From assembly GCA_973895155.1 (NCBI GenBank), contig OZ316895.1, positions 10,900,184-10,964,183 of the forward strand: a DNA stretch of 64,000 bases, read 5' to 3'. Numbering within the stretch: the first letter of the stretch is position 1; the number at the start of each line of letters is the position of its first letter. This document shows positions 40,501 through 54,090 of the stretch, one piece after another. Origin of the DNA: Marsupella aquatica (taxonomy: Eukaryota > Plantae > Marchantiophyta). The notes beneath the pieces were generated by a model that did not search any database, was not told the DNA's origin, and was given only the letters and a program-made list of their open reading frames with translations. The translations under genes and the position numbers were made by a program.

Positions 40501-42613
40501 ACTAATTAACAGCAGAATTAGAACCGTGATTGACTGACTATTGTTGTTAAAGCAGTAAAGGGATCCATTTATCGGAAAAGAAATCGGACAATCTGGTCCT
40601 TGACGAACGTTACGAGATTCAAGAACCACACCTGAACAGATGCCCATCCTTTGACTGCTTGGTCGTCGAGGCTATCCGATTCATTGGCCCAGCCCCACAA
40701 AATACGCCTGCCGGTGCTAGTATCGTAGAAAGACTTGGAGGCATAGAATTTCCCATAATCATATCGGTATCCACTTCCTATATCCAGAGAATCGTCATCA
40801 ATAGTGAAAGTATGGGTTTCGGTGGAGTAAGTGCCGATACAGTAGTGATCTTGCAACCAATCCTGCACTCCAGCCTTCAACACGTACTTGTACTCATCTT
40901 GATAGGTTTCTGCTCGCAAGACGGAGTGATCCAGCCCATTTTGGCCTTGCACGGAAACTGGAAAGAAATCGACGCATTCCCACATCCCCAAGTCGATGCC
41001 CTCGCGCAAGTACTTCTCCAGCTCCCAATGGAAAAAATCATGGCTCTTGTAAAGCAAAGCCACGCCATCCCTGGTTCCATCGGCATTATCTCTCTTCGCT
41101 CCCACAGTGAGCCTCCAGAGACCATCTTTCTCGAGCCAAGCAGTCGTGGGGTCTCTAAAGTCATTAGCTTTGATTCCCTTGGGATTATAGAGGATTGGAT
41201 TGGCATCTACTTTCTTCCAATTCCGTAGCAGAGGATCGGAGGGATCGACAGGCAGGGCGAGGTTCTGTGTCTCTTCAAAAGTATTGTTAACCATATTCCG
41301 TGCGCCCGTATAGACGATGGCAGGAGTTCCGTCTTCGAGAATGGTGGCCGAACCAGAAAAGACCCCATCTTCGTCATACCACTTGTCAGGGCTGATAGCC
41401 ACTTCCAGGTGGAACCAGTGAATTAGATCGGTGGACACCGCGTGACCCCAGTGGATATCTATCAAATCGACGCCGTTGGGATTGTATTGATAGAAGAAGT
41501 GGTAGTAACCCATGTAATACATCGGCGCTGCAAATCAATGGAGTTAAATTAAGTGTTAGTGCAAAGAGGAGGGCGCTTTCAGATGCCAAGAAATCTTCAT
41601 TTTCCAGAAAAATTATAGCAAGAATTTTCGGAGCTCGCCAATCTCGACGAAGATATTTCGCGAGTGACATAGTGCAATTGGCGTTGTACATGTAGTTGCG
41701 AGGATGAACGGGGGATGAATGTCCTTCAGGGTTAAGAGGATCATCATGAATTACGACGAGAATCTAGAGAGGTTAGCTAGACTTCAAGATCTCGTTAGCC
41801 GGAGACACATCGTCTCATGACAAAATAACAAAGTTATTTCGCGAATTCCGAAAACCATGAGATAATCCTTGTCGCTAAATGTTACTGAGTTTGCATCCAT
41901 CATGTACCGTCATAGTTTTCCAGTCATTTCTCATTTACGTGGACATTCCATCGAAGTTGCACCGTTTTCAAAGGAAGGGTGGGCCACGCATGAATTGTGC
42001 TGGAGCTCACCATTTGGATCTGTTGACAGCGTGCAGCAATAAGTAGCACCCATCGTCCAGTCCATCAACAGCACGAGACAAAGGCAGCAAGTGCACTCAT
42101 TAGAACGATACCAATAACCTCAATTTGGCATTGAAATCAGCAGGGTGAGGGGAAGTAATAATTACAACAAGTCGAAGAGTAGCGGGCGAACGCCTGAACA
42201 AAATCACAACTGCTTGCTCCCATCGAGAAGGAATCATACGTACCATTCATCCAATTCCTTTCAGGCTGAAAATGGTAGCCCGTGCGTGATGGTATATAGG
42301 ATTCATTGTCGTGCTCCTGAGATTCATCAGCCACGACGTCTGCTTGTTCTACTCCTCTCAGACCGTGTCCTCCTTCACTCTCCCAACGTAAGTTATAAGA
42401 AACAGCTGCCCCGAACAGGAGCAGGGTCGCTGCGATGCACGTCACGAGGTGCACAGTCCTGCCTTTCCGAAGAGCACATCCGGATCGGGATTCATCTGCT
42501 GGTAATCCAGCTAGTGCGACATAATCCGCATTCACTAGATAAATTTTTGAAGCATCTTGTGGCTCACTACCAACAGCGACGAGCAAGGCTGCCTCTACAT
42601 CAGATGTCGCCAT
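37554..42613 (-). CDS. GH32 vacuolar-type beta-fructofuranosidase-like, copy 2 (divergent active-site pocket)
   Basis: Exons 42613-42244, 9-nt mini-exon 42019-42011 (ATCCAAATG), 41527-40632, 40409-40248, 39143-38911, 38301-38211, 37739-37554. Motifs WMNDPNAP, FRDP, WECVD. N-terminus has DVEAALL, YVAL and a TM helix. Confidence 0.95.
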
Positions 42614-45600
42614 TCTTCAATCCGAGAGCCGTCCCCTAGCAATGTGCTCCACCTCTTCATGCACGGCCCATCTACCGTTCTTAAAACTTCTGGGCTGTCA
42701 GTATTATTATGTACACTTGACAAGATGTATGCCTTCACGTTTTTGAGTTTTTCCACCAAAGGAAACCTTACGGGAGACGGGGAGAGGCACTTGTTCTTCT
42801 AAAGTTAGAGTCGTGACAAACGAAAATCTCTTTGCACTGAAGGTTAATAATGCGAATCCCTTGTATGAAGGAGCCAGTGTTGTAAAGTTCGTGACCAATC
42901 AAACACTCCACATCAGCAAAGTTCGTGACAAATTAAACAATTCGCATCAGCAGGAAAAAAACCAGCCCTACATTGCCAGAGTTGTTGTAAAGCCAACTGC
43001 AACCGTTTGCACTCATTATACTTCATTGTAGTATACTGCACAGATACATTCTGAGAGCGAATAATAAGATTCGGTGCAACGAATCCATGGAAGCCCCTTC
43101 ACCGAACTAACGAAGTGTCGGAAGCGGCTCTCTCTTGCCCACAACGTGCGTCCTGCTTGGCCGGTGAAAACCAAGAAATCAATGGCGTACCTTTTATTCA
43201 TAGTGTGGTCGGTGAAACCCAAGAAGTGCCAAACGCTGGCCACCCATTTCAAAATTGCCGTTCTGACTCCTGTACGCAGCTCCTTCCCGCTTCCCAATCA
43301 GTCGTCGTCCACAGGATTTTGACATTCCATCATCTAATAATAATAAAGTCTGCGGAGGGTGATGTCAGTCTCTTGTGCTTACATCAGTACACTGGCAAGC
43401 ATTTGTTCTCTTTTCCATCACCTCGATTGGTCACTGGACGAGAATGAATATATTTCCGCAAGCACAGGATCCGATGGGACGGACAGAAGGTGCACTTGGT
43501 CTTGTTCGTTCCAATGTCAGTCACCTTCCAAACAACGATTTCAGATAGGTTGTTCTGAACACCAGCATTCAATTTCAGTGATCTTTCCAATCAATCTTTC
43601 GATTGCGGATGGGTCAATTGCAACTAATCTATTTCTCTTTGAAGTTTTCGGGTCAACTAGCCAACAGCTTGAATGAATTACTTCCCATCCAACATTAGTT
43701 TCTTGTTAACACTGGAACTCTTGTTTCGGGACATTCCAAGGTAGTTCACCGGATGTAGTCGCTTGGCAAATTAACAAGTGAATTACACTCATCAACAAAT
43801 GAACAAATCCGAGATTGCGAAAGGACAATGTTGGCCTGTTCACAAGGGAGACTTAGTCTGCAGGCCAGAGACCAAGTCCAACATTGAGCTTCAAAACCAA
43901 TGGAGATACTTTGATGACCAGAACATTATTCATTTGTCAATAATGAATACTTTAAAAACCTTCCATAAGCCTGTTTTATCTTTTTATTTTATTTTATTTT
44001 TGTCGAAATGGGAGGAAATACAATTAGACTCCTCCATCCCAATGTGGCAGTTTTTTCGTAGGGAACCAGACCAGGGTGAGCCCCAACTGATCCGACAGGG
44101 AGAGCAGGGCCACAAAGTGGACGACCAGGGGTCGAGGCCAACAAAGTGGATGACCAGGGGCCGAGCAGATATCTTATTTCTTCTTCATCCACCTGCTATT
44201 GCACAAAGTTGGTGCCAAGTGCTGGGAAGTACAGGGCGGGTCCCAGGAGAGCACTAAAGTCACTTCCAGAGAAAGTCTCTCGACGATGCAATGGCCCTCC
44301 AGTCCTCCACCTTATAAAGCCACTCTCACTGGGGATGATATCTTTTGCATCGAAGGCAGAGTGTCATAAAGTGCGTGGAGGCATAAAGTGAAGGCAGAGT
44401 GTCATAAAGTGCGTGGAGGCATAAAGTGATAAAGTGCCTGAAGGCAGAAGTCAGCAGCCACTGATGGTGATTCGACCCGTCTCCCAGTCTCCCAGTCTCC
44501 CATTTTTGTGAGATACTAATCTCCACAAGGTCTAACTTGATACTACACCTTGCTGTAGCCGCCCCTATATACACGGATCCATCCAAGTAAATGATTCCAT
44601 GGACGGAGAACTTTTTTAGTGTTATGGAATCTTGTGATTGGTTGTGCATCACCTAGTGTTTTCCATCGCATATAACACTACAATACGCTGCCTTACAAAA
44701 TGAGAAAATATTCTAATTGATCTTCGCTCTCCATTGAAGACTGATTATACTAGAACAGAAAAGTCACACTTTCAATTCCCCCTCTACATACACCCCCTCC
44801 AAGGTGTGTGGACCATTTGTGTGGGTGTCATGTAATGGTGGGAGTACTGGTTATTGTTGGGCCTCTGGCTAGCGGCTTTGTGGTCCTGATTCAACCCACT
44901 CTCTTTCTTGGTATGGTTCTTGTCTGAACCTCAAGAATCTTCCCCCTAGTGGGCTACCCTACAGGGTGCATATTCCAAAGTAGAAAGTCTATCCTCTGTT
45001 GGATGGGTCAACTTTAGTTATTCAAGGCAAAAAAAATTAAGAAAAATAGTTGTAGTTTGGTTGGGATGCCATGTTGGGTGAAATTTTAGTCTCGAGGGTT
45101 GCTTACTCGAAGAAATCCTTGAGACTCAACCTCAAAGGATGAGACAAATGATTATCTGTGAGGTGTGAGACACATCTTGGGAGGGAAAGAATCATCCTTT
45201 CCGTTTATAATCTTACGTATATACTCCTCAAAAGACACACCAAAATCTGTCCCATTAAAAGGTGCCATTAATATGTGTTCATTCGCTCATCCAGTAAGAA
45301 GAAAAACCATTTCTAAAACGAGAAAATGTCCTTCTTCCTAGGTCCATGTGTATCCTTCCCCTTAAAGCAGTCTTAATCCTCTCCTCCACCCTAGAAAATG
45401 TAAAACAAATCAAAAACTACAACACAAGGTTGTGCCTTTTTATACCATGGTATTCTCTCAAATTTGGCGGGGCATTTTGGGTTAAAACAAATAGAATTAA
45501 ATAAACCAAAACATGAATTCTTCTATTGAATGTGAAACTAGTATGTGGGTTCAGCTCAATTTTTTTAACACATTGGTAATATTATATTTGTTTATTTTAC

Positions 45601-48464
45601 TAACTCTCTTTCCTGGTCTTCCTGGTTATCAAGTCTGCCAAAACTCTATGATGTGCCCAAATACAGTGCCAAGAATTTGGAGCTTTTAGCGTGCTACATA
45701 ATATTGTCATCCTTTGTTTGTCTCCACCTCTCTCATGTTCTTTTCACCTCTCTATGTAATTCACATTGCAACTCCTCACTGTAGCAATCACCTGGCTTGG
45801 TCGAGTAACAAATTATTCATCACAAGGGTGAGCAACGAACTATCTTGAAGGCAAGGAGCTAGGCAATCACCTGCACTTCATTGTCTTGCAATGTTTTTGT
45901 GCAATGGATAATTATGCATTGGACTTGTCTATAAAATTATGAGATGTTTTTAAAAGTATTTGAATTTTGCATAATAAAAGTTGACATCACTAATAAACAA
46001 ATTCATAAACTCAAAAACTATTTATAGCATTGGTTTTTTAATTGTTTTGTGGGACACAAGTATACTTTTTGTTTGAAAAGTGTAATTTATTCATCATGAT
46101 TTGTCTAGTAATGACAAAAACAAAATTCTTATCAATTTTAATGGCAAATGGAAACAAAGAATCATAATGATCATGTTGGGAAGAGAGGCAATTTTAATGG
46201 CAAATGGAAACAAAGAATCATAATGATCATGTTGGGAAGAGAGTAACTTTTTATACAGGCAGCTTCACGAGAGAAGAAACATACTAATTTCATTTCTGTT
46301 TTTTAAATGTATGTTTTACTAATCAATAGAAAGTCATAGCCTTATTTTTGTAGAGATCTAACACTATAATACTCAATGCCTCTCTTTTTAGTTTTCGTTC
46401 ATTTATGAAAAGTGCAATAGGCGGGAATGATTCCCTGCCAATGGATCATCTTACATTTTTTGCAGACCGTTAGATGACAAAAATAAAGTGTCATGGTGTT
46501 ATAGGGATGTGGGGATGACTCGCATGCCTTGGGATGAGGATGTTACTTTTGAGTGCCATTGGATTAAAAAAAGTAGTTCAGAGCAAGTACGAGGAATGTG
46601 AGTATGGGGTCCAATGGGATAGGGATGGTTGTCAGTGACAGGTACGAAGGAATAGGAGGGAGTGACATGTATGAAGGAATAGGAGGGAGTGACATGTAGA
46701 AGGAATAGGAGGGAGCACAAGTTAGTGCATTAAAAATGTCAGAGTGGATAGTGAGGTAAACATGTGTGTTGGCAATGGGGTACCACACTGGAAAAGGTGT
46801 GAGGTACAAAGACATGTATGGTACAAAAACAAGGTAACTAAGCGAAACAAAAAATTAATACATCCTAGATACCAAGTCACTTATAATACAAAGGCAAGGA
46901 AATCAGTGGGGAGAGAATATAAAATTTTAAGATCCCAAGAGTGAGAGCGAGGTCACAATTCTATTCTGCATTTAGAGGAAAGATGTGTCAATAAACTCTA
47001 TTCCAAAATATACGAGGAGGATACTTAATACATCAAATTGCCCCCAAGGCCACAAATAGACTTTCTAAATATTTGTTTTTGGTGGGGGAATGATTTTCTC
47101 TGTTTAGTTAGATTTTGAAGAGGGTGCCCGGCGATTAGTTTTTCTCTTTGTTTTTTGTGAGGGTAGTTTTTGTGGCCTCTCTTTGATCTCTTCTTTTTTC
47201 AACATGTTTTATGCACAACTTACTTCTTTATGCTCCACACATTTTGTTCTTGACATATTTTCCATTTGACATCTTTCACACCCAGTTGTGTTTTCTCTCT
47301 GTATCCTTTGCATGCTAGAGATATTTTCTACTTGGCATCAAGTACTATAATATGCAATTTGGCCAATTCTGGGGGGATTGTCTGCTTACAAACTCATAAC
47401 GAATGGACACAATCTTGATTGTCTGCTAAAAACATGTAGATGCGTGCCCTTCTGAAGCTCTTTGATCATGAGCCCGATTATTTTTGTCCGTTCATCAAAT
47501 GAGCCAATCTACGGCTCAAAATGCAGATCTTTTTTAGATCTACGTCTCAGAAATAACCAGATCATCATATGATAAAAATGAGGGAGAAAAATGATAAAAC
47601 AATCCAAACAATCTCATTCTGAATTTTTGGGCAGGTCGGGCAGGGACGGGTGACTGGGCAAACCACTGGGCAAATATTCACACAATATTCCACTACTATT
47701 AATTTTCTCAGTCCTTTTCCGGAAGGGTCAAAGAAAGACCTACATGGCGGTGGGCGTAAAGTTGCTCCTGGGAGAGTGATGACGTGCAAATTGTAGTGGC
47801 ACTGGCTTGCTGATTCTCATAGCCAAAGAGGTATTTTTACTTGCTTCCACATATTCAGGGATGGCCATTTTAATTTTTCTAGACCTTCATGTTTCATGGA
47901 GAAGAGGGTGGCCATATTAATTTATCCAGGCCTAATTAAATGTACTTTGTGATTTTTCTCTTCAAACTTCTGGTGTTTTATAGAGAAGAATACACTATAG
48001 AAAACATCAATGTGACTATTTACAAAAGTTTGATCAGTTTAAGCTTCGGACTGTATTTGACTAATATCTAGCCAAAACATGCCGTTAAGGGCGTGTTTCA
48101 ACAAGTAACACCAATAGCAAATTAAAGCATTTTACTCAAGAATATGAGAACCCCGGGGGAGAGATTGGAAGTTGATTGCAAGCTATATGCCCATAATAGG
48201 GAAGCCAGAAATGCAAGACGCCCCCAACAATAGTGCACAAGAGGGGACTGAAGTTTCTGAGGTGCCACAACCCAATGTCACGGACCCTTTGGTACAAGAA
48301 ACAAGTGTGGCAACATCAAGTGTCAGAACCCAAGCGAAGCTATTAAAGGCCAACCGCGAGTAATATGCAAGATACCATGTTTGCATCACTTTGAATCTTG
48401 CCCTCACCTCCACATCTCGCCCTCTCCTCGACATCTTGCCTGTTGGGTATTTACTCTTACGTCT

Positions 48465-48656
48465 AGGTTAGGTATGACGTGGTTGGTACAACAACGTGGG
48501 TTAGTACAACTACGTGGTTAGGTACAACTACGTGATTAGGTACAACTATGTGGTTAGGTACAACTACGTGATTAGGTACAACTACGTGATTAGGTACAAC
48601 TATGTGGTTATATACAACTACGTGATTAGGTACAACTATGTGGTTAGGTACAACTA
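48465..48656. repeat. 18-bp tandem repeat inside the 5' LTR
   Basis: (ggtacaacta(c/t)gtg(a/g)tta) x ~10. Confidence 0.9.
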
Positions 48657-50166
48657 AGTTGCACACTATATCATAAGAGGCATGTGTGCTTGGAGAGGTA
48701 GAACCAAGGCTCATTGTTATGGAGCCACTTGAGAGATAGGGAGAGCTTACACTGTGGAGACTCGGTATAGTTGACGGGCTTAGAGTTCAGTAAAGCTCTC
48801 TTGTGTGTTCCCGTGGACGTAGCCTCAAGGAGGTGAACCACGTATCTCTTGTGTCGACTATTGTGCGTTGGATGGTTCATGGGCTTGCCGTTGCGATCGT
48901 CGTCTATACTCAACAATTGGTATCAGAGCATGCTTGGGAGGTGACGTGTGTTCATGACGGGATTTCATTACGGTTTTTCCAGCGTTGAGTGTCGATGGAT
49001 TTCCCGGAGTTCCGTCGCATGGAACTTGGAGTTTATGGGCTCAACGGATAGATCGGGGCAAGAGCTTTCTAACGGTGTGAAGAAATCGCTGAACGGAGCT
49101 CGTGGTGCAGAGAGATCTAAGTTTTCGTCGTTCTGGATTTTGTGAAGAAAGTTGGCAATCGACTCGGAGGGAGAAGCGTCAAGTGTTTTGACTCAACAGA
49201 GAGATTGAGGCAAGACGATTGTTTTGAGTCCGGGATTGGCTCTTTGATGCAAAAAGGAAGGCTAAGCAAAATCAATTACCTTGTTGGACTTGGTGACGGC
49301 ACCAAGTGCAATTAATCAACATTCGTTGTTGACAAGGTACCATTTTTTCTCTTTGAAAAACTGATTCGAAATTGGCTATGGCAATTGAGAGAAATCTGTC
49401 ATCTTTACCAATTTTTTTCTCCCTCGTTCTTTCCTCGTTTTGGGTGCTTCTTATATCGATCTTCACCATCTCGGAGTTTAGTTTCCAAATCTGAAATCAG
49501 ATCTTGATTTCGTCAAAACCCGAGTGAGATATCTTGCGTTTGGTGTCGAGGGGTACATTCTGCCGTGTGTATTTTCTGTGCGCGCGACCAGATTTCGACG
49601 ACGAAGGGTGGTGGGGGGTTTTGGGGGTTCGAGGACAGGTGTCAGCCCCTCGATTGTTCTTCCAAAATTCTCACAGGGCCTGTACAAGGGTCATAGAATA
49701 TTCCAAAAAACCAGAGAGCTATTTTTTGACCGTCCGACAAAGATTTCATCCGCCGAACGGTAACTTTTTTGGTTATTTTTTGGCGAGGTCGTAGCCATTG
49801 AAGTTGGCAACGCGGCGCACCAATCACATCGTAATTCCGACAACGGGTTATACTTGGTATTTCGGTTATTCCCTGAGGTGGTCAAAATGGGGGAGTTTCC
49901 CAAGGTTTTACCCACCTCGACCGAAATTTGAATAACTTTTCCGTCAAATTTCGATTTTGATTTCGGTTTTCAGTATTGGACTCCTAGCTTTGTGGGCTAC
50001 GCGGCGGTGTTGAGTTTTGAGTTTTTTGAGAAGTTGTGAAAAACAACAATTTTTGTGATTTTCTCATATGAGTGATTCGGAGGAGTTTTTCGAAGACGTG
50101 GAACTTGAAGCACGAGGATCACCGCGGCGGTTTCAGGGGTAGAGAGAGGAGCAGGAGGAAGAGCAC

Positions 50167-51089
50167 GTGACACCGATACCATCACCGGTGCGGCGTGTGG
50201 TGGAGGAAGCAGTACTACTACCGGAGCTCACGATAGTGCCAAAGAAGAAGACGGGGACTTTCAAGCTTGGGGGACCCAAGTATGAAGTGACAAAGTATGA
50301 TGGGCGCTCTGACTACTTGCTATGGGAGAAGCAGGTGAAGGGATGGGCCAACTGTTGAGCCCTCGTGAAGACGATGTTGATGAGAAACAATGGGACCGCA
50401 TGCAGGAGCAGGGAGTGTGGTGTGTTACACTCTATCTCATGCCTCCCATCATCAAGCAGTTGGGTGCACATAAGGATTGCATGTCCTTGTTTTCGGAATT
50501 GCAGAGCAAGTATCACCACAAGGAGTTGTCGAACCGGCTCTACACTTCCTACAAACTGATGAGTTTCAGGATGAAGGAATCCGGTACGAAGTTGCAAGAC
50601 CATGTGGATGCTTTCAACGACATGGTCGTTGACTTGGAAAACCTTGGGGAGACTTTGAATGATGAGACGAAGGCTCTGCAGCTTCTTAGTTCATTGCCTC
50701 CATCTTACCAGTCCCTATCACGAGTGTTGTTGCATCGTGATAGGGATACCATTTCATACAATGACGTGGTAAGTTCTCTGCTTAGTGATGATCTTCAGCA
50801 GAAGATGCACATCACGTCACAGCCTTCATCATCTGGTGCTGCCCTCAATGTTAACCGTGGGAGGAGTATGCAGCGACCAACTGGGGACCGTAGAACCCAG
50901 TTTAGATCTAAATCCAGATCTAAGTCCAAGGGTAAATCCCCTCAAAGGAGGTAGGTGACATGTTGGAAGTGCAACCAAGTTGGACACTTCAAGCGAGACT
51001 GTAAGGGAAAGGCAACAGAAACTTCATCGGCAAATGTGGCTAGGGCTGATGGAGAAGCTGATTTACTCAATGATGAGTATGTTTTATGA
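50167..51089 (+). pseudogene. gag: copia gag (frameshift ~50345, TAG at 50952-50954)
   Basis: KYDGRSDYLLW, L.SFRMKE..KLQDHVDAFN, LLSSLPPSY and zinc knuckle CWKCNQVGHFKRDC at ~50961-51002. Confidence 0.88.
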
Positions 51090-51134
51090 AGTCAGGGGTA
51101 TGCCCTGTGCACGTCATCTAGGAGAGCAGATGAT

Positions 51135-52234
51135 GTGTGGATTCTTGATTGTGCTTGCTCTTTTCATATTTGTTACATTCGTGAGTTTTTCAGTTCTTAC
51201 TCTGTTTCAAACGGTTCAGTTTTGATGGGAAATGATCACTCCTGTCAAATTGAGGGAATTGGGTTTGTGAAGATTCAAATGTTTGATGGCGCTGTGCGCA
51301 CAGTATCCGGAGTCAGGTATGTACCTGGCATGCGTAAGAATCTGATTTCACTTGGTGTGTTGGATTCAAATGGTCATCAATGGAGCGTTATTGATGGTGA
51401 ACTTCAAGTCAGGTCGGGAGAGATAGTGATTTTGAAGGGGAGTAGACAAAAGAATTTGTATGTGTTACAGGGCAATACTGTATGTGGAGAGGCCAATGTA
51501 ACCAAGTCTCACAAGGAGATGACTGAACTGTGGCATTCACGGCTAGGCCACATGAGTGAGAAGGGTTTGGCTATCTTACGGAAGAATGGACTCATTTCTT
51601 ATTTGCAATCTTGTAAATTAGAGTTTTGTGAGCATTGCATTTTTGGAAAGCAGCATCGTCGTGCTTTTGGTGTTGGAACTCATCGTTCCAAAGCGGTTCT
51701 TGAGTACATACATAGTGACGTGTGGGGTCCATCTCCGACTCCCTCACACTCTGGAAAGTTGTACTATGTATCATTTATTGATGATTACTCAAGATTTGTG
51801 TGGATTTATTTCATGACGCATAAGTCTGATGTCTTGTCCATTTTTAAGAAGTGGAAAGCCCAGGTGGAGAATCAGACTGGAAACACGATCAAGTGTTTGG
51901 ATACAAGGGTGAAGAGTCTGAGGTCAGACAACGGCGGGGAGTACACTTCAATGGAATTTGAAGAGTACTGTTCAGAACAGGGGATAACTCACCATCTCAC
52001 CACAGTTTATACTCCGCAGCAGAATGGTGTCGCTGAGAGGCTCAATCGGACACTGTTGGAGCGGTCACGGAGTATGTTGAGCCAATCAGGTTTACCACAA
52101 GAATTTTGGGCAGAAGCTATCAATACTGCAGCTTATTTGGTAAATTTTTCTCCTTCTAGTGCTATCAATTTCAAAACGCCGTTTGAGATGCGCTATAAGC
52201 GGCAAGCAGACTATCATGGCTTGGTAGTTTTTGG
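51135..52234 (+). pseudogene. pol: copia pol fragment: protease, GAG-pre-integrase, integrase core
   Basis: WILDCACSFHI, LWHSRLGH, CEHC, HSDVWGP, LRSDNGGEY, QQNGVAER. Truncated at LVVFG where LTR sequence begins. Confidence 0.93.
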
Positions 52235-52357
52235 AAGCTCTCTTGTGTGTTCCCGTGGACGTAGCCTCAAGGAGGTGAACCACGTATCTCTTGTGTCGAC
52301 TATTGTGCGTTGGATGGTTCATGGGCTTGCTGTTGCGATCGTCGTCTATACTCAACA

Positions 52358-52490
52358 TTGCCCTCCCCGCAAAATCTTGCTCTCTCCCCGCAAAATCTTG
52401 CCCTCTCCTCGCCATCTTGCCCTCCCCGCAAAATCTTGCCCTCTCCTCGACATCTTGCCTTCTCCTTGACATCTTGCTCTCGCCTCAAAA
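52358..52490. repeat. Short-period (~20 bp) C/T-rich tandem repeat, the copia target site (other half 48395-48440)
   Basis: aaaatcttgccctctcctcg(a/c)catcttgcc units lie on both sides of the element. Confidence 0.8.
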
Positions 52491-53404
52491 TCTTTCGTGC
52501 AACGCACGGGCATGGGGCTGGTTTTATAATAATAGAATAGTTTAATGTTTTGAGAATAGTTTATTAGTCTTGAATGTGCAAGTGAGTTTTGACATTATGT
52601 TTATGACTTTTTTGGTGTGTATTGAAGGAATATGTTTGAATAAGGCCTAGGGGGAGCTACACTCAAGTGGCATACAAGATATTTTTTTAAGATTTCTCAT
52701 GGTGACTACCATCAAGGTAAATGTTTATATCAGTGCATGTTTTTATGACTAGAATTTGTGTTTATTTGTTATTTGTGAAGTGACTTGATATTTTGTCCAT
52801 TCAATTGACATGAGCAATTTTGTGTGAGTTTGTAGACAAATTTTGGCATCACTAAGAAACAACCCCAAGCTATCATCTAAGCTTGAAATAGAGGTTTGTT
52901 TCTCTCTGTATTCCTCGTTGAATAAATGTGATTGCTAAAGTTGTTCACTCATAAAGCTAAATTAAGCATGGAATCTATCTATACTTTAAAATATAATTTT
53001 CACACATGTAATATTTATCATAGTAGTATTTATTTTCAAATGAATTATCAGATTAGCTAAAAATTTGTAGCATTATCATATATGGATGTGCAAATATTAG
53101 TATATTAATTAGTATAAAAGCTTTTATTTGAATCAACACAATAGATTTATGCAATCTTAACAAAACTATAAGTAATTGTAATTTGCAATTTATTTCTAGA
53201 AAGCAATGCTCTTAGTGGATAGATGAGTCTTTTGTAATCTTGTTTCATATTGTTATGGTTATCTTAGGGCATTACATATTAAGAAAGTGAAATTTGCCTT
53301 TGTTGGATTCCAAAAATGGAGAAGTTAGCTCTTTGTACCTAAAATTATTCACTTAAGTTTATTATCAATCGAGTACTCTAATTATAAGGTCCATATCATA
53401 TTAT

Positions 53405-54090
53405 TCAAGTTAAGGCAATAAACTATAGTACACACATATGCAGAGGTCGGTGTAATGTTTGAATTGTAACTTCAAAATCAATATAAGGTTACAAGTTAAG
53501 GCATTCTGGTACACACATTCGCAAGGGTCGGTGTATTGTTTGACCCAGTTGTAACTTCAAAATCAATATAAAGTTACAAGTTAAAGGCATCCTGGTACAC
53601 ACATCTGCAAGGGTCGGTGTACTGTTTGACCCCAATTGTAACTTATAAAATCAATATAAGGTTACAAGTTAAGGCATTCTGATACACACATCCGCAAGGG
53701 TCGGCGTATTGTTTGACACCATTTGTAACTTCAAAATCAATATAAAGTTACAAGTTAAGGCATTCTAGTACACACATTTGCAAGGGTCGGTGTACTGTTT
53801 GACCCCAGTTGTAACTTATAAAATCAATATAAGGTAACTACAAGTTAAGATATTATGGTACACACATCTACAAGGGTTAGTGTACTGCTTGACCCTAGTT
53901 GTAACTTCAAAATCAAAAATAGGTTATCCGGGAAGGTTACAAGTCAAGGCATTTTGGTACACACATCTACAAGGGTCTTTAAAATGTTTGATCCCATTTG
54001 TAACTTCAAAATCAATAAGGTCATAAGTTAATCAATTGGTACACATATATTCAAGGGTTTGAGTATTGTTTGACAAGTTGTAACTTAAAA
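53405..54090. repeat. ~87-bp tandem repeat x ~8 with two internal inverted repeats
   Basis: Unit caagttaaggcattctggtacacacatctgcaagggtcggtgtactgtttgacccagttgtaacttcaaaatcaatataa(a/g)gtta. Confidence 0.9.

Larger units (their letters stand above)
48441..52357 (+). mobile_element. Ty1/copia LTR retrotransposon, internally deleted (no RT/RNase H/PPT)
   Basis: 5' LTR 48441-48915 (TG..CA) followed by PBS TGGTATCAGAGC (tRNA-iMet). Then gag, protease and integrase. Partial 3' LTR at 52235-52357. TSD TTGCC at 48436-48440 and 52358-52362. Confidence 0.95.

Noticed and set aside
40659-41228. Antisense ORFs over GH32, kinase and RING exons
   Set aside because: Shadow frames of genuine coding sequence on the other strand.
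44326-44652. IYLDGS resembling a LINE RNase H motif
   Set aside because: Single short motif; the other catalytic residues are not traceable.
44676-47798. CACTACAA ... TTGTAGTG as CACTA termini
   Set aside because: Only 9 bp match and the flanking 3-mers differ, so there is no TSD.
48463-48714. ORF with VVPNH repeats
   Set aside because: Translation of the 18-bp LTR tandem repeat.
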